Of a DNA stretch of 48,780 nucleotides, positions 17,126-25,694 are shown piece by piece (the first letter of the stretch is position 1; every line of letters starts with the position of its first letter). The notes beneath the pieces were generated by a model. That model was given only the letters and a program-made list of their open reading frames with translations, searched no databases and was not told the origin of the DNA. The stretch is from Pirellulales bacterium (GTDB lineage: Bacteria; Planctomycetota; Planctomycetia; Pirellulales; JAICIG01), in assembly GCA_035534975.1 (NCBI GenBank), contig DATLQY010000967.1, forward strand, positions 1 to 48,780. Direction: 5' to 3'. The position numbers and the translations under genes are program-made.

Positions 17126-17632
17126 CTACCAGTCGTAGCGCCAGCCGTCGTTCGGGCGTTGCCCCTCAATCAGGCTCTTCAGATCGTCCGGCGCCAACTC
17201 GGTGAATGCCTTCGCGAAATCTTTGTAGGCATCCGGTTCGCTTGGTTGTGGGGTGGCCGGTGCGGTAGTGGCACACGGCTCGGTTTGTATGGCCATAGCA
17301 ACTTGTCGAGCGGCGAAGTCGAGCGGATCGGTCCGTGCCGCTCTCATGTCCTCCTCGCCCTCGGGTTCAAGAACGATCGAGCCGACTTCGGTCAAATCGG
17401 TCAAAAGTTGGCGCTGCTTCAGGTCGCACTTCTCGGCCACTAAATCTAGATCAACTACAACGAGGATCATTGGCTGTTCGCGCGCAGGCGCCTTGCGCGC
17501 GGCGTGTTCCACCGTCTTGAGAAGCTCCAAGCGGTGAGCGGGTAGCCAGTCGCTCAAGACGATGGCCCAAGGAACTTCGACGCCATTGCCACGTGGATTC
17601 GCCCCTGGCTTGACTCGCTCAAATTCACGCAT
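17126..17632 (-). CDS. Hypothetical protein (168 aa), probably co-transcribed with the flavoprotein gene
   Basis: ATG at 17632 has GGAAGGGAA about 12 nt upstream; GTG 17659 is an alternative start. Product: MREFERVKPGANPRG..PMILVVVDLDLVAEKCDLKQRQLL..GWRYDW. I recognise no family. The gap to the next gene is 40 nt. Confidence 0.55.
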   Translation of the reverse strand: MREFERVKPGANPRGNGVEVPWAIVLSDWLPAHRLELLKTVEHAARKAPAREQPMILVVVDLDLVAEKCDLKQRQLLTDLTEVGSIVLEPEGEEDMRAARTDPLDFAARQVAMAIQTEPCATTAPATPQPSEPDAYKDFAKAFTELAPDDLKSLIEGQRPNDGWRYDW

Positions 17633-17788
17633 GACGATACGCGTTCCCTTCCGGCACACAACCTAGTTTCCACCACTATTCTAGCTTCCTTCACGGGCGC
17701 AGTAAACGTGATCATCGAGATGATGTCACTTGCGCGGGACCATCCGGGCCACCCCGTTGGGGCTTACGACATGTAATGGCGCGGTCGA

Positions 17789-17851
17789 CCAGGGGCTTTG
17801 CCCCTGGCTATCGCAGCGCCGCACCTTTGGTGCTCAGGAACGAACGGTTCC
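17789..17851. repeat. Cluster of three short GC-rich hairpins (REP-like)
   Basis: ccaggggc-ttt-gcccctgg (17789-17807), gcacc-ttt-ggtgc (17821-17833) and ggaac-gaacg-gttcc (17837-17851). They lie in the 470-bp divergent intergenic region. Confidence 0.5.
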
Positions 17852-18131
17852 CTCCCGAGTCGGCCGCAGCCGGTCCGCACGATGGCGACGCCCCACCGAC
17901 CATGGACGTCCCCGATGGCCCGCCCGCTCTCGGACGAAGGCCCCACCCGTGGCGGCACTCGCGATGAAGGTTATCGCGGAGGATGCCGGCCCGGTTCAAA
18001 CCGGCTACAATTGGACCAATGGCCCATGCCCGCTTTCCATGTCAGCCTCCAATGCCTGTTTTTCCTCAAGCCCGATTTGCCTTGGGAAAGCCTTGTCGGC
18101 TCATTCTTCCATATTCAAAGGATGTTCCAAC

Positions 18132-19058
18132 ATGAACCGAATCGCTTCATCCGCTTCCTTGCTGCTTTGCGCCTTCGTGACCTGCGCGGCATGGGCGGCC
18201 GATCCACTGGTCGTCGATCTCTGGCCGGGCAAAACGCCGGGCGACGTCGGCATCACGGGTCAGGAGAACAGCCGATTCTACGACTCGCCACTCATCGGCG
18301 GACCGACCAGGCTGATCACCAATGTCACCCACCCGACCATGACGATCTATCAGCCGGCCAACGACAAGAACACGGGAACGGCGATGCTGATCTGTCCGGG
18401 AGGCGGATACCATGACCTGTTCTGGGAACTCGAAGGGGAAGAAGTGGCGGCCTGGCTGAACTCACTCGGGATGACCGGCATCATCCTCAAGTACCGGTGT
18501 CCGCGGCGCCACGGAGATGTCAAAGGCGAGCCTCCCCTGGGCCCGTTGCTCGACGCCCAGAGGGCCGTGAGCCTGGTCCGCGGCAGGGCCAAGGAATGGG
18601 GAATCGACCCGCGGCGGATCGGTATGGTCGGCTTCTCGGCGGGCGGACACCTCGCGCTGGCCACGGCCACCGGTTTTGAGAAGCGGACGTACGAGCCGAT
18701 CGACGCCATCGACGAGGTGAGCTGCCGCCCCGACTTCGCCGTGCTTTGCTATTCGGGCTATTTGAAGTCGAAGGACAAGGATGAAATCTCGCCGGGTATC
18801 CGCATTCCCGCCGACACGCCCCCGATCTTCCTGGCCCATTCCTCGGACGACAAAATCAGCGACGCTGAGCACAGTCTGATCGCCTATCTGGCCCTGAAGC
18901 GTGCCGGCGTGCCGGCCGAGCTGCACATTTACGCGACCGGCGACCACGACTTCGGCGTGCGGCAAAACGAAAAGCTCCCATCGAGCTGGACGCGACTTTG
19001 CGTCAAATGGCTGCGAAGCCAGGAACTTGCAATCGAACAACCCTCTGGGCCACAATGA
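18132..19058 (+). CDS. Secreted alpha/beta-hydrolase (esterase/lipase-like)
   Basis: ATG at 18132 gives the signal peptide [22 protein letters not shown]. Other motifs: [17 protein letters not shown] nucleophile elbow, SSDD and GDHDF. The 134-aa N-terminal extension in the track (from 17730) is Arg/Pro-rich and covers the REP-like hairpins. Confidence 0.85.
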   Translation: MNRIASSASLLLCAFVTCAAWAADPLVVDLWPGKTPGDVGITGQENSRFYDSPLIGGPTRLITNVTHPTMTIYQPANDKNTGTAMLICPGGGYHDLFWELEGEEVAAWLNSLGMTGIILKYRCPRRHGDVKGEPPLGPLLDAQRAVSLVRGRAKEWGIDPRRIGMVGFSAGGHLALATATGFEKRTYEPIDAIDEVSCRPDFAVLCYSGYLKSKDKDEISPGIRIPADTPPIFLAHSSDDKISDAEHSLIAYLALKRAGVPAELHIYATGDHDFGVRQNEKLPSSWTRLCVKWLRSQELAIEQPSGPQ

Positions 19059-19141
19059 GATCCCAAGACTGCCGTGGTGGTACGGGCTTCCGGCCCGCCG
19101 GCGGTTTTGGGCCAGGCTCTTCTTTGCCTCCGAGGTCTCAA

Positions 19142-20530
19142 ATGAATCAAGGACCAAACATGCAATCCAACGATCATCGTGCAAACGAAAGGCAGGGGCG
19201 GCTGAATCGGCGCCGCTTTCTTGGAGCGGCGACTTCCGGCGCGGCGGGCTTGCTGGCGGCGCCGGCAATCGTCCGAGGCCGGGGCCTCAACGACAAGTTG
19301 AACATCGCGGTCATCGGCTGCGGCGGACGCGGCGCATCGAACTTGCAATCGGTCGCCTCGGAATCGATCGTCGCGCTGGTCGACGTGAACGAAGCGAACC
19401 TGAACGCCGCGGCCGAACAGCACCCGCACGCGCGAAAGTTCGTCGATTTCCGCGAGCTGTTCGACCATGCCGGCGAGTTCGACGCGGTCGTCGTCAGCAC
19501 CTGCGAGCACACGCACGCGTTCGCAACCTTGCCGGCGTTGCGACTGGGAAAGCACGTCTACTGCGAAAAGCCCCTGACGCACAACGTATTCGAAGCTCGA
19601 GTGATCCGCGAGGCGGCCGCGAAGGCCAAGGTCGCCACGCAAATGGGTACGCAGATCCACGCCGACGACAACTACCGCCGCGTGGTCGAACTGATTCAGA
19701 CCGGCGCCATTGGCCCGGTGCGTGAGGTCCACGTCTGGGTCTCGAGGGCATGGGGCTGGCAACCGAGCGCCGAGGAGGCCCAGCGCCACGGCGACATCGT
19801 CCAGATGCAAGACCGCCCCGCCGTCACCGAGAGTGTTCCATCCGGCCTGCACTGGGAGCTGTGGCTTGGTCCGGCGCCGGTGCGGCCGTTCCACGGCGTA
19901 TACGTGCCGGGACCCAAGTGGTACCGCTGGTGGGATTTCGGCAACGGCACGATGTCGGACCTGGGCAGCCATTGGATCGACTTGCCTTTCTGGGCCCTCG
20001 ATTTGAAGCACCCTTTGACGATCGAAGCCCACGGGCCGCCCCCCCACCCCGAGTTGGCGCCGGCGTCGATGCAGGCGACCTACGAATACGGTCCACGCGG
20101 CGAGCAGCCGCCGGTGCGGCTCTCCTGGTACCAGGGGACCGAGAAGCCCGCGATCTGGAATGAAGGACGAATTCCCAAATGGGACAGCGGCGTGCTGTTC
20201 ATCGGCGACCGTGGCATGCTGCTGTCAGATTACTCGAAGCACGTACTGCTGCCGGAACCGTCGTTCGCCGATTTCCAGCGGCCCGCACCGTTCATTCCCA
20301 AGTCGCTGGGGCACCATGCCGAATGGCTGCACGCCTGCAAGACCGGCGCGCCGACGACGTGCAATTTCGAATACTCCGGCTGGCTCACCGAGGCCAACCA
20401 TTTGGGAAACGTCGCCTACCGCGTCGGCAAGAAGCTCCAGTGGGACGCCGAGCAACTCAAAGCCACCGGTGCGCCGGAGGCCGACGCGTTCATCCGCCGG
20501 GAGTACCGGAAAGGATGGACGTTGGAGTAA
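19142..20530 (+). CDS. Gfo/Idh/MocA-family oxidoreductase with a Tat-type signal
   Basis: Product begins [34 protein letters not shown] (twin-arginine signal). Rossmann motif: [18 protein letters not shown] motif present. ATG 19160 is an alternative start. Confidence 0.9.
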   Translation: MNQGPNMQSNDHRANERQGRLNRRRFLGAATSGAAGLLAAPAIVRGRGLNDKLNIAVIGCGGRGASNLQSVASESIVALVDVNEANLNAAAEQHPHARKFVDFRELFDHAGEFDAVVVSTCEHTHAFATLPALRLGKHVYCEKPLTHNVFEARVIREAAAKAKVATQMGTQIHADDNYRRVVELIQTGAIGPVREVHVWVSRAWGWQPSAEEAQRHGDIVQMQDRPAVTESVPSGLHWELWLGPAPVRPFHGVYVPGPKWYRWWDFGNGTMSDLGSHWIDLPFWALDLKHPLTIEAHGPPPHPELAPASMQATYEYGPRGEQPPVRLSWYQGTEKPAIWNEGRIPKWDSGVLFIGDRGMLLSDYSKHVLLPEPSFADFQRPAPFIPKSLGHHAEWLHACKTGAPTTCNFEYSGWLTEANHLGNVAYRVGKKLQWDAEQLKATGAPEADAFIRREYRKGWTLE

Positions 20531-20616
20531 GCTTCCCGGAATCCCGGCGCGCCGGGAGAGCGCGTTCGCTAAAGAACCCTATGGGACGATCATGGCCGTG
20601 AAGCCGGTCGTTGCGA

Positions 20617-22122
20617 TCAAAAGTTCCACTTCGGCTCCCAGCTCGGAGCGTGCGCCGCCTTCATGTAGGCGGCGGCTTTGGCGGCCAACTCGGGGCGCTC
20701 TCGCGCGATGTTGGTCGTCTCGCTCGGGTCATTGGCAAGGTCGTAAAGCTCGGGCGGCGCGTCGGGCGCTTTGTTTACGTCGTTGCGAACCGCCTTCCAT
20801 TTGCCAAAACGCACCGCTTGGGCGCGTCCGCCGCTCTGGTACTCCCAGTACAAGTATTCGTGCGGCGTCTGGCCAGGACGGCCAAAGAGCGTCGGCGCAA
20901 TGCTCACGCCGTCGATATCCCCGGGCGCCGTCGCGCCGCCGATCTCGCACAAGGTCGGCAGCACGTCCCAAAACGCGCCGATGAGATCCTGGGTCGCGCC
21001 CGCCGCGATGCGTCGCGGCCAACGCGCGATGAAGGGCGTGCGAATGCCGCCTTCGTAGAGGTCCTGCTTGTAGCCGCGCAAGCTGCCGTTGCTTTCGAAA
21101 AAACCCGGCACCGATTCGATGCCCGGAAACTCGGAGACGCCGCCGTTGTCGCTGGCGAAAAAGACGATCGTGTCGTCGTCGAGGCCCGTCTCCTTGAGAA
21201 GGGCCATGAGCCGCCCGACATCGCGGTCCATGCGCGTGATCATCGCGGCGTACGCGGCGCGCGGCGTGGCGTGGTTGGCATAGTGCTTCGAGTTGGTCAC
21301 CGGCGTCTCGGGCCATCGGCCACGGTATTCGGCGAGCGAATCGTCCGGCACCTGAAGCGAGACGTGCGGGATGGTGAAAGCCAGATAAAGAAAGAACGGC
21401 CCGTCCTGGTGGTCGCGCACCCAGGCCAGCGCGTCGTCGGCCATCAGGTCGTGCGAGTAGATCTTGCCCGACGGCTCGATCACACCCGGTTGGCCGTAGA
21501 AGTAGGGCGGGTTGCCCGCCAGCGGCTCCTGCCGGTCGTCGCGCCAGAGGTACGGCGGATAGTACGTGTGGGCCATTCCCTGGCAGAGATAGCCGTAGTG
21601 ATGATCGAAACCAAAATCGAGCGGACTGCTGTGATCGTCGGGCATGCCGAGGCCCCATTTGCCGACGAGCGCCGTCGCGTAGCCGGCCCGCTTCAAGAGT
21701 TGCGCGACGGTGACCGTGTCGGGCGCCATCGGGTGCTGGCCTTCGAGGCCGGGCCCGCGCTGCATGTTGTCGCGAACGGTGGCGTGTCCGAGGTGCTTGC
21801 CGGTCATCAGCGTGCAGCGGCTTGGCGCGCAGACCGAGCAGCCGCAGTAGAAGTTCGTGAACCGCATGCCCTCGGCGGCAAGGCGGTCGATGTTCGGCGT
21901 CTTGATCTTCGTCTGTCCGTAGCAGCCCAGATCGCCGTAGCCGAGATCGTCGGCCAGGATGAAGACGATATTGGGCTTTCTCGCATCGGCCGCTTGCGCC
22001 GCAAAACACGGCACCATGCCGAGAATAGCCCATACAAGGTAACTTCCATAGGAAGTTATTCCGTGGAGCAAGCGTCGGCGAGGAAACGTGCCAAAGGAGG
22101 AGCGACGCACGACTGGGGACAT
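20617..22122 (-). CDS. Cys-type sulfatase (arylsulfatase A family)
   Basis: Motifs: PNIVFILADDLGYGDLGCYG, and CSVCAPSRCTLMTGKH containing the C-x-P-x-R formylglycine site. An N-terminal hydrophobic signal is present. Confidence 0.92.
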   Translation of the reverse strand: MSPVVRRSSFGTFPRRRLLHGITSYGSYLVWAILGMVPCFAAQAADARKPNIVFILADDLGYGDLGCYGQTKIKTPNIDRLAAEGMRFTNFYCGCSVCAPSRCTLMTGKHLGHATVRDNMQRGPGLEGQHPMAPDTVTVAQLLKRAGYATALVGKWGLGMPDDHSSPLDFGFDHHYGYLCQGMAHTYYPPYLWRDDRQEPLAGNPPYFYGQPGVIEPSGKIYSHDLMADDALAWVRDHQDGPFFLYLAFTIPHVSLQVPDDSLAEYRGRWPETPVTNSKHYANHATPRAAYAAMITRMDRDVGRLMALLKETGLDDDTIVFFASDNGGVSEFPGIESVPGFFESNGSLRGYKQDLYEGGIRTPFIARWPRRIAAGATQDLIGAFWDVLPTLCEIGGATAPGDIDGVSIAPTLFGRPGQTPHEYLYWEYQSGGRAQAVRFGKWKAVRNDVNKAPDAPPELYDLANDPSETTNIARERPELAAKAAAYMKAAHAPSWEPKWNF

Positions 22123-22185
22123 GGCGTGGTCCTGCGCAGGGTGATTCGTATTTCACGGCGTATTTGGGACGGCGGATGGCCGTAG

Positions 22186-22543
22186 CCGAGCGCCGGGCAC
22201 CGGCCACGAACCGAAGCATGGAGTATCGTCCTCGACGCCGCCAGGGTCAACTCTCCCGACCAGGACTGGCGCCGACTGCTTCAAGGAAAACGCGGAAGTC
22301 GCCGCCTCGCTTCGTGAGAATTACGTCGTGGTCCTTGTCGACGTGATGCAGGTTAACGATAAGAAGCACAACGCCGATGTGAACGAGCGCTACGGAAATC
22401 CGACCCGACACGGCTTGCCCGTGCTCGTTGTGCTCGACGCGGAGGGCAAGTTACTGAAAACCAAAGACACTGGTGAATTCGAAGAGGACGGCCATCACGG
22501 TCCCAAAAAGGTGTTGGCGTTCTTGAACCGGTGGAAGCCGGAG
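22186..22543 (+). pseudogene. Thioredoxin-fold gene remnant. It is 5'-truncated, has a frame break at the would-be CxxC site, and lacks its own stop codon.
   Basis: Frame A (22271 onward): ADCFKENAEVAASLRENYVVVLVDV..NERYGNPTRHGLPVLVVLDAEGKLLKTKDTGEFEEDGHHGPKKVLAFLNRWKPE. The upstream frame C (open from 22186) reads ..AWSIVLDAARVNSPDQDW. The two frames meet at 22267-22273. There is no signal peptide or start, and only ~100 nt separate it from the sulfatase start. The frame reads straight on into the REP-like hairpins. Confidence 0.4.
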
Positions 22544-22582
22544 TGTCGCTGTACCACCCGGACGATGTCCTTTTGCCGACGG

Positions 22583-22630
22583 GGACGCGGAGCGTCCAAG
22601 ACGGCCGTTCCCACGCGGAGCGTGGGAACG
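22583..22630. repeat. Two REP-like hairpins sharing a gcggagcg core
   Basis: ggacgc-gga-gcgtcc (22583-22597) and cgttcccacg-cggag-cgtgggaacg (22606-22630, 10-bp stem). The minus-strand translation gives the SAWER-type peptide often seen in spurious planctomycete ORFs. Confidence 0.55.
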
Positions 22631-22759
22631 AGTGTAGGTACCCCGGCCGCAAGAATGCTTTCAACGTCACCCTGCCTTCCTGCCGATAATCCAGGATGTG
22701 ACGCGTTCGGGGGGCGGATTGCCGCCTCGCGGGTTCGTCCGTCGGCGGAGGGCGACGGC

Positions 22760-23257
22760 ATGTGGCTGGTGCGCGGGGCACAACTCGTCGTGGCGGCGAC
22801 GCTATTCGTTTCCTCCAGCGGCTGCCTGGTGTTTCACATGCGCGAGCGAATCGTCCGCGAGGATGAGCCGCGGCGTAGCGTGCGGTTCGCATCGTCGCAT
22901 GCCCAACGCGACTTCAATGCCACCGCGACGGACCCCAGGGATCGCCGTAGGAACGATTCGACCAGCGTGTTGGGCGTTCCCTTCGTGATGTTCTACTACA
23001 ACTCGACGAAACTGTCGGAAAACGCCTACTTCAACGACCAACTCGCCGCGTGCGACGGCGACGGCGATGGGTGGATCACCGACGAGGAAGTCTTGGCCTA
23101 TCAGGACCTCAAGGCCAGGAACCAGATCGATTCGTCGAAGTCGCCGGAGGTCCTTGCGCGCCACGGACCACGGATCGACATTGACGTTCCTCCGAAAAAG
23201 CGCTGGCGCTTCGCGCTGCTCAGCAAGGACGACACGTCCGCTTCAACGCGGCAATAG
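22760..23257 (+). CDS. Putative lipoprotein with an EF-hand-like calcium loop (165 aa)
   Basis: ATG at 22760. Product begins MWLVRGAQLVVAATLFVSSSGC (lipobox-like SSSGC). It contains DGDGDGWITDEEVL, a 12-residue D-x-D-x-D-G-x-I-x-x-x-E loop. It is the 3' part of the composite track ORF 22328..23257. Confidence 0.6.
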   Translation: MWLVRGAQLVVAATLFVSSSGCLVFHMRERIVREDEPRRSVRFASSHAQRDFNATATDPRDRRRNDSTSVLGVPFVMFYYNSTKLSENAYFNDQLAACDGDGDGWITDEEVLAYQDLKARNQIDSSKSPEVLARHGPRIDIDVPPKKRWRFALLSKDDTSASTRQ

Positions 23258-23289
23258 CACCGCCGAAAATAGGGCCGTTGCCGCGCATT

Positions 23290-23349
23290 GTGGGGCAGGT
23301 TTCCAACCTGCCATAATGCTTTCTACGGCAGGTTGGAAACCTGCCCCAC
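23290..23349. repeat. Perfect 23-bp inverted repeat with a 14-nt spacer. Each arm is itself a hairpin (nested-palindrome REP-like element).
   Basis: Left arm: GTGGGGCAGGTTTCCAACCTGCC (23290-23312). Spacer: ataatgctttctac. Right arm: GGCAGGTTGGAAACCTGCCCCAC (23327-23349). The arms contain GCAGGTT-TCC-AACCTGC and GCAGGTT-GGA-AACCTGC respectively. Confidence 0.85.
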
Positions 23350-23534
23350 GGTCCGCCTCCATGCGCCGAATCGGACGCGAAATCCGGCAAAATCGGGACC
23401 CCCACCCCGCGGCGTCCCGAAATCGGGCGAATTTGGCCGTTCCGCCCCTCCGAACCCAAAAGCTTTTGTAAACCCCTACCGTTAGGATATAGTGGGGGCT
23501 TGGGGCGGACCTTACCGATGGGTGGAGTGGGACA

Positions 23535-25694
23535 ATGCATAACGTGCTTGGGGTCTATTTGCTCCTTTCGCTGGCTACGCCAACCGAGTCGGGTGCTTTA
23601 ACCGGCTGGCAGGGCATGCGGGTCGTCAATCAGGAGGGGCTGCCCCAGCGGATGTTGGCCGCCGATTTGTTCGGCGATGGGCGAGACCAGTTGATCGTCG
23701 TCAACACGCGGTTGTCGCGGCTGGATTTGTATCGTTGGATGCCGGCCGACCAGCGCGAAAAGCCCGCCGCCGGGGACCCCGATCGTCCGAACGAATTACC
23801 GATGGCGCCGGAATGGAAAAAATCGGAGCTGGCGCTCGATGAGCTGCCGCTCGACGTGGCCATCCAGGACCTCGACGGCGACCGGCGGCCGGAGCTGGTC
23901 GCGCTCACCAGCCCCTCGAACAAGATCGTCGCCTACCGGCACGAGGCGCCCGACAAGTGGAGCAAGATGACGACGTGGGACCTGCTGCCCGGCGCTCCCA
24001 ACGGCCGGCCGATGCTCCTGGTGCGTCCGCTTCCGGATGGCAAGTACGAGCTCATGGTAAGCTGTGAACAAGGAATCCAGACGCTGCGATTGGAAGCCGG
24101 CAGCCGACCCACCTGGCTTAGCCCGCGCGAGCAGCACGGACGTTTTGCCTGGCGGCTGGTCGACATGGACGGCGACGGCGATCTCGATCTGTTGGAATGG
24201 ACGGCGTTGGCGCGGCAGACGTTGCGTTGGTTCGAGGCGCGTGACGGCCGGCTTCTGCCGGCCCAGCCGCTATTCGACCAGTCGGTGCATGGGGTCGAAG
24301 CGCTGGGCGTGCCCAGCAAGCCCGCCGAGTTGTTTCTTTTGGGCGGAGCGCAAGAAGGGCTGTTGCGGCGGTATGCGCTTGCCCGCGGTGCCGAAGCCGA
24401 ACTTGGGCGGCGGGAATCGCTACCGGTGGCCGGCGGCACGGCGGCAAGCTGGTGCGGGCTGGCACTCGGCGATCGTCCGGCTTTGGTGGTCGTCGAGAAA
24501 GACCAGCCTCGGCTGCGTGTGCAGGCCCTGGGCGACAGGGGATGGCAGGTTGAGCAGAGCTTCCCCACGATCGGCAATGTCCGAGCGATTGCGGCCCCGC
24601 AAGCGAAGCCGGGCACGCTTCTGCTGTGGACCAAAGACGGCTCCGATTTGTACGCCAGCCAGTGGGAAGCCGGGCGGCTGACGTATCCCAAGCCGATGCC
24701 GCAGTCGCCTGAGGCCAAAGATCGGCGAATCCTGGCTTTGGAAAGCGCCGGCGCGACGACCTGGTGGGCGCAACGGGTCGGCACCGACGTCGACTTGTAC
24801 GTATACGAGCAGGGAAAGGCGGAACCGGCACGGACCCGCTTCGAGGGGCTGGGAGCGAAGGTCGAGAAGGTTCTATGGCTGGGCGGAAATGCGATATTGC
24901 TCAAGGACCAAAATGCCGGTCGCCTGAAGCTGGCCCGCATCCGCGACGGCAATACCCAGGTGAGCGAGCCGACACACCTGGCCAAGGAACTGGGCGAATA
25001 CCGGCTCTACGCGCGCGGCGCGGAGCTCAAACCGGCCCGCTTTACCGATGGCGTCTTGCAATGGCTCGACGACGACTTGCAGCCGATCGACCAGATCATG
25101 CTTTCCGAAGGACAGCGAATGGCGGCGTGCATCCCCTTGGCCGACGGTCAGGCATGGGCCTTGGAACAGGGGGGCGGTTTCCTGCACCGGCTCAAGCCCG
25201 ACGCGGCGGGCATCCTCCGCGAGGCCGAGAGTACCAGGCTGCACAGCGGCGAAGGCGTCGTGCTCGATCCGCTCTTGGGCCTGATCCTGGTCGATAAGGA
25301 CCGCGTCGTGCGGCTCAGCCGAGGTCAGCCGTGGGAATTGAAACTGATCGACAGCCTCGACAGCCGCGTGGGGCGCCCCAGCGGTGTGAAAGAAGCCACG
25401 ATCCATCGGGTGTTGACCACCGACGTCACGGGCGATCGCATCGAAGACGTGGTGCTCTGCGACGACCACCGGCACCAGTTGACGGTGCTCACCCGCACCG
25501 AGGAGGGTCTCAAGCCCGTCTTGTCGTGGCCGGTGTTCGAGGACAAAACCTATCCTTACGGCGGTGTCGAGGGATCGCTGGTGCCGGAACCGCGGATCGT
25601 GTTGGGGCTGAACGCCGACGGCGACGCTTACCGTGACCTGGCCTTGCTCTGCCACGACCGCCTATTGATCTACATCGCACGGGAGAAACCATGA
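23535..25694 (+). CDS. Secreted FG-GAP/VCBS-like repeat (beta-propeller) protein, 719 aa
   Basis: Signal-like N-terminus: MHNVLGVYLLLSLATPTESGA. Recurrent Asp-rich loop + hydrophobic strand: DLFGDGRDQLIVV, QDLDGDRRPELVAL, VDMDGDGDLDLL, TDVTGDRIEDVVL, LNADGDAYRDLALL. GGAG lies about 11 nt upstream of the ATG. Confidence 0.85.
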   Translation: MHNVLGVYLLLSLATPTESGALTGWQGMRVVNQEGLPQRMLAADLFGDGRDQLIVVNTRLSRLDLYRWMPADQREKPAAGDPDRPNELPMAPEWKKSELALDELPLDVAIQDLDGDRRPELVALTSPSNKIVAYRHEAPDKWSKMTTWDLLPGAPNGRPMLLVRPLPDGKYELMVSCEQGIQTLRLEAGSRPTWLSPREQHGRFAWRLVDMDGDGDLDLLEWTALARQTLRWFEARDGRLLPAQPLFDQSVHGVEALGVPSKPAELFLLGGAQEGLLRRYALARGAEAELGRRESLPVAGGTAASWCGLALGDRPALVVVEKDQPRLRVQALGDRGWQVEQSFPTIGNVRAIAAPQAKPGTLLLWTKDGSDLYASQWEAGRLTYPKPMPQSPEAKDRRILALESAGATTWWAQRVGTDVDLYVYEQGKAEPARTRFEGLGAKVEKVLWLGGNAILLKDQNAGRLKLARIRDGNTQVSEPTHLAKELGEYRLYARGAELKPARFTDGVLQWLDDDLQPIDQIMLSEGQRMAACIPLADGQAWALEQGGGFLHRLKPDAAGILREAESTRLHSGEGVVLDPLLGLILVDKDRVVRLSRGQPWELKLIDSLDSRVGRPSGVKEATIHRVLTTDVTGDRIEDVVLCDDHRHQLTVLTRTEEGLKPVLSWPVFEDKTYPYGGVEGSLVPEPRIVLGLNADGDAYRDLALLCHDRLLIYIAREKP

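Noticed and set aside
20542-20557. 16-nt perfect palindrome tcccggcgcgccggga between the convergent oxidoreductase and sulfatase genes, as a bidirectional terminator
   Set aside because: There is no loop and no flanking T/A tracts. It may just be a GC-rich palindrome, and the evidence for a terminator call is insufficient.
22328-23257. Single 309-aa CDS as listed in the track
   Set aside because: It is a composite of a thioredoxin-like fragment, ~200 nt of hairpin repeats translating to nonsense-like sequence, and an independent ORF with its own ATG and lipoprotein-type signal at 22760.
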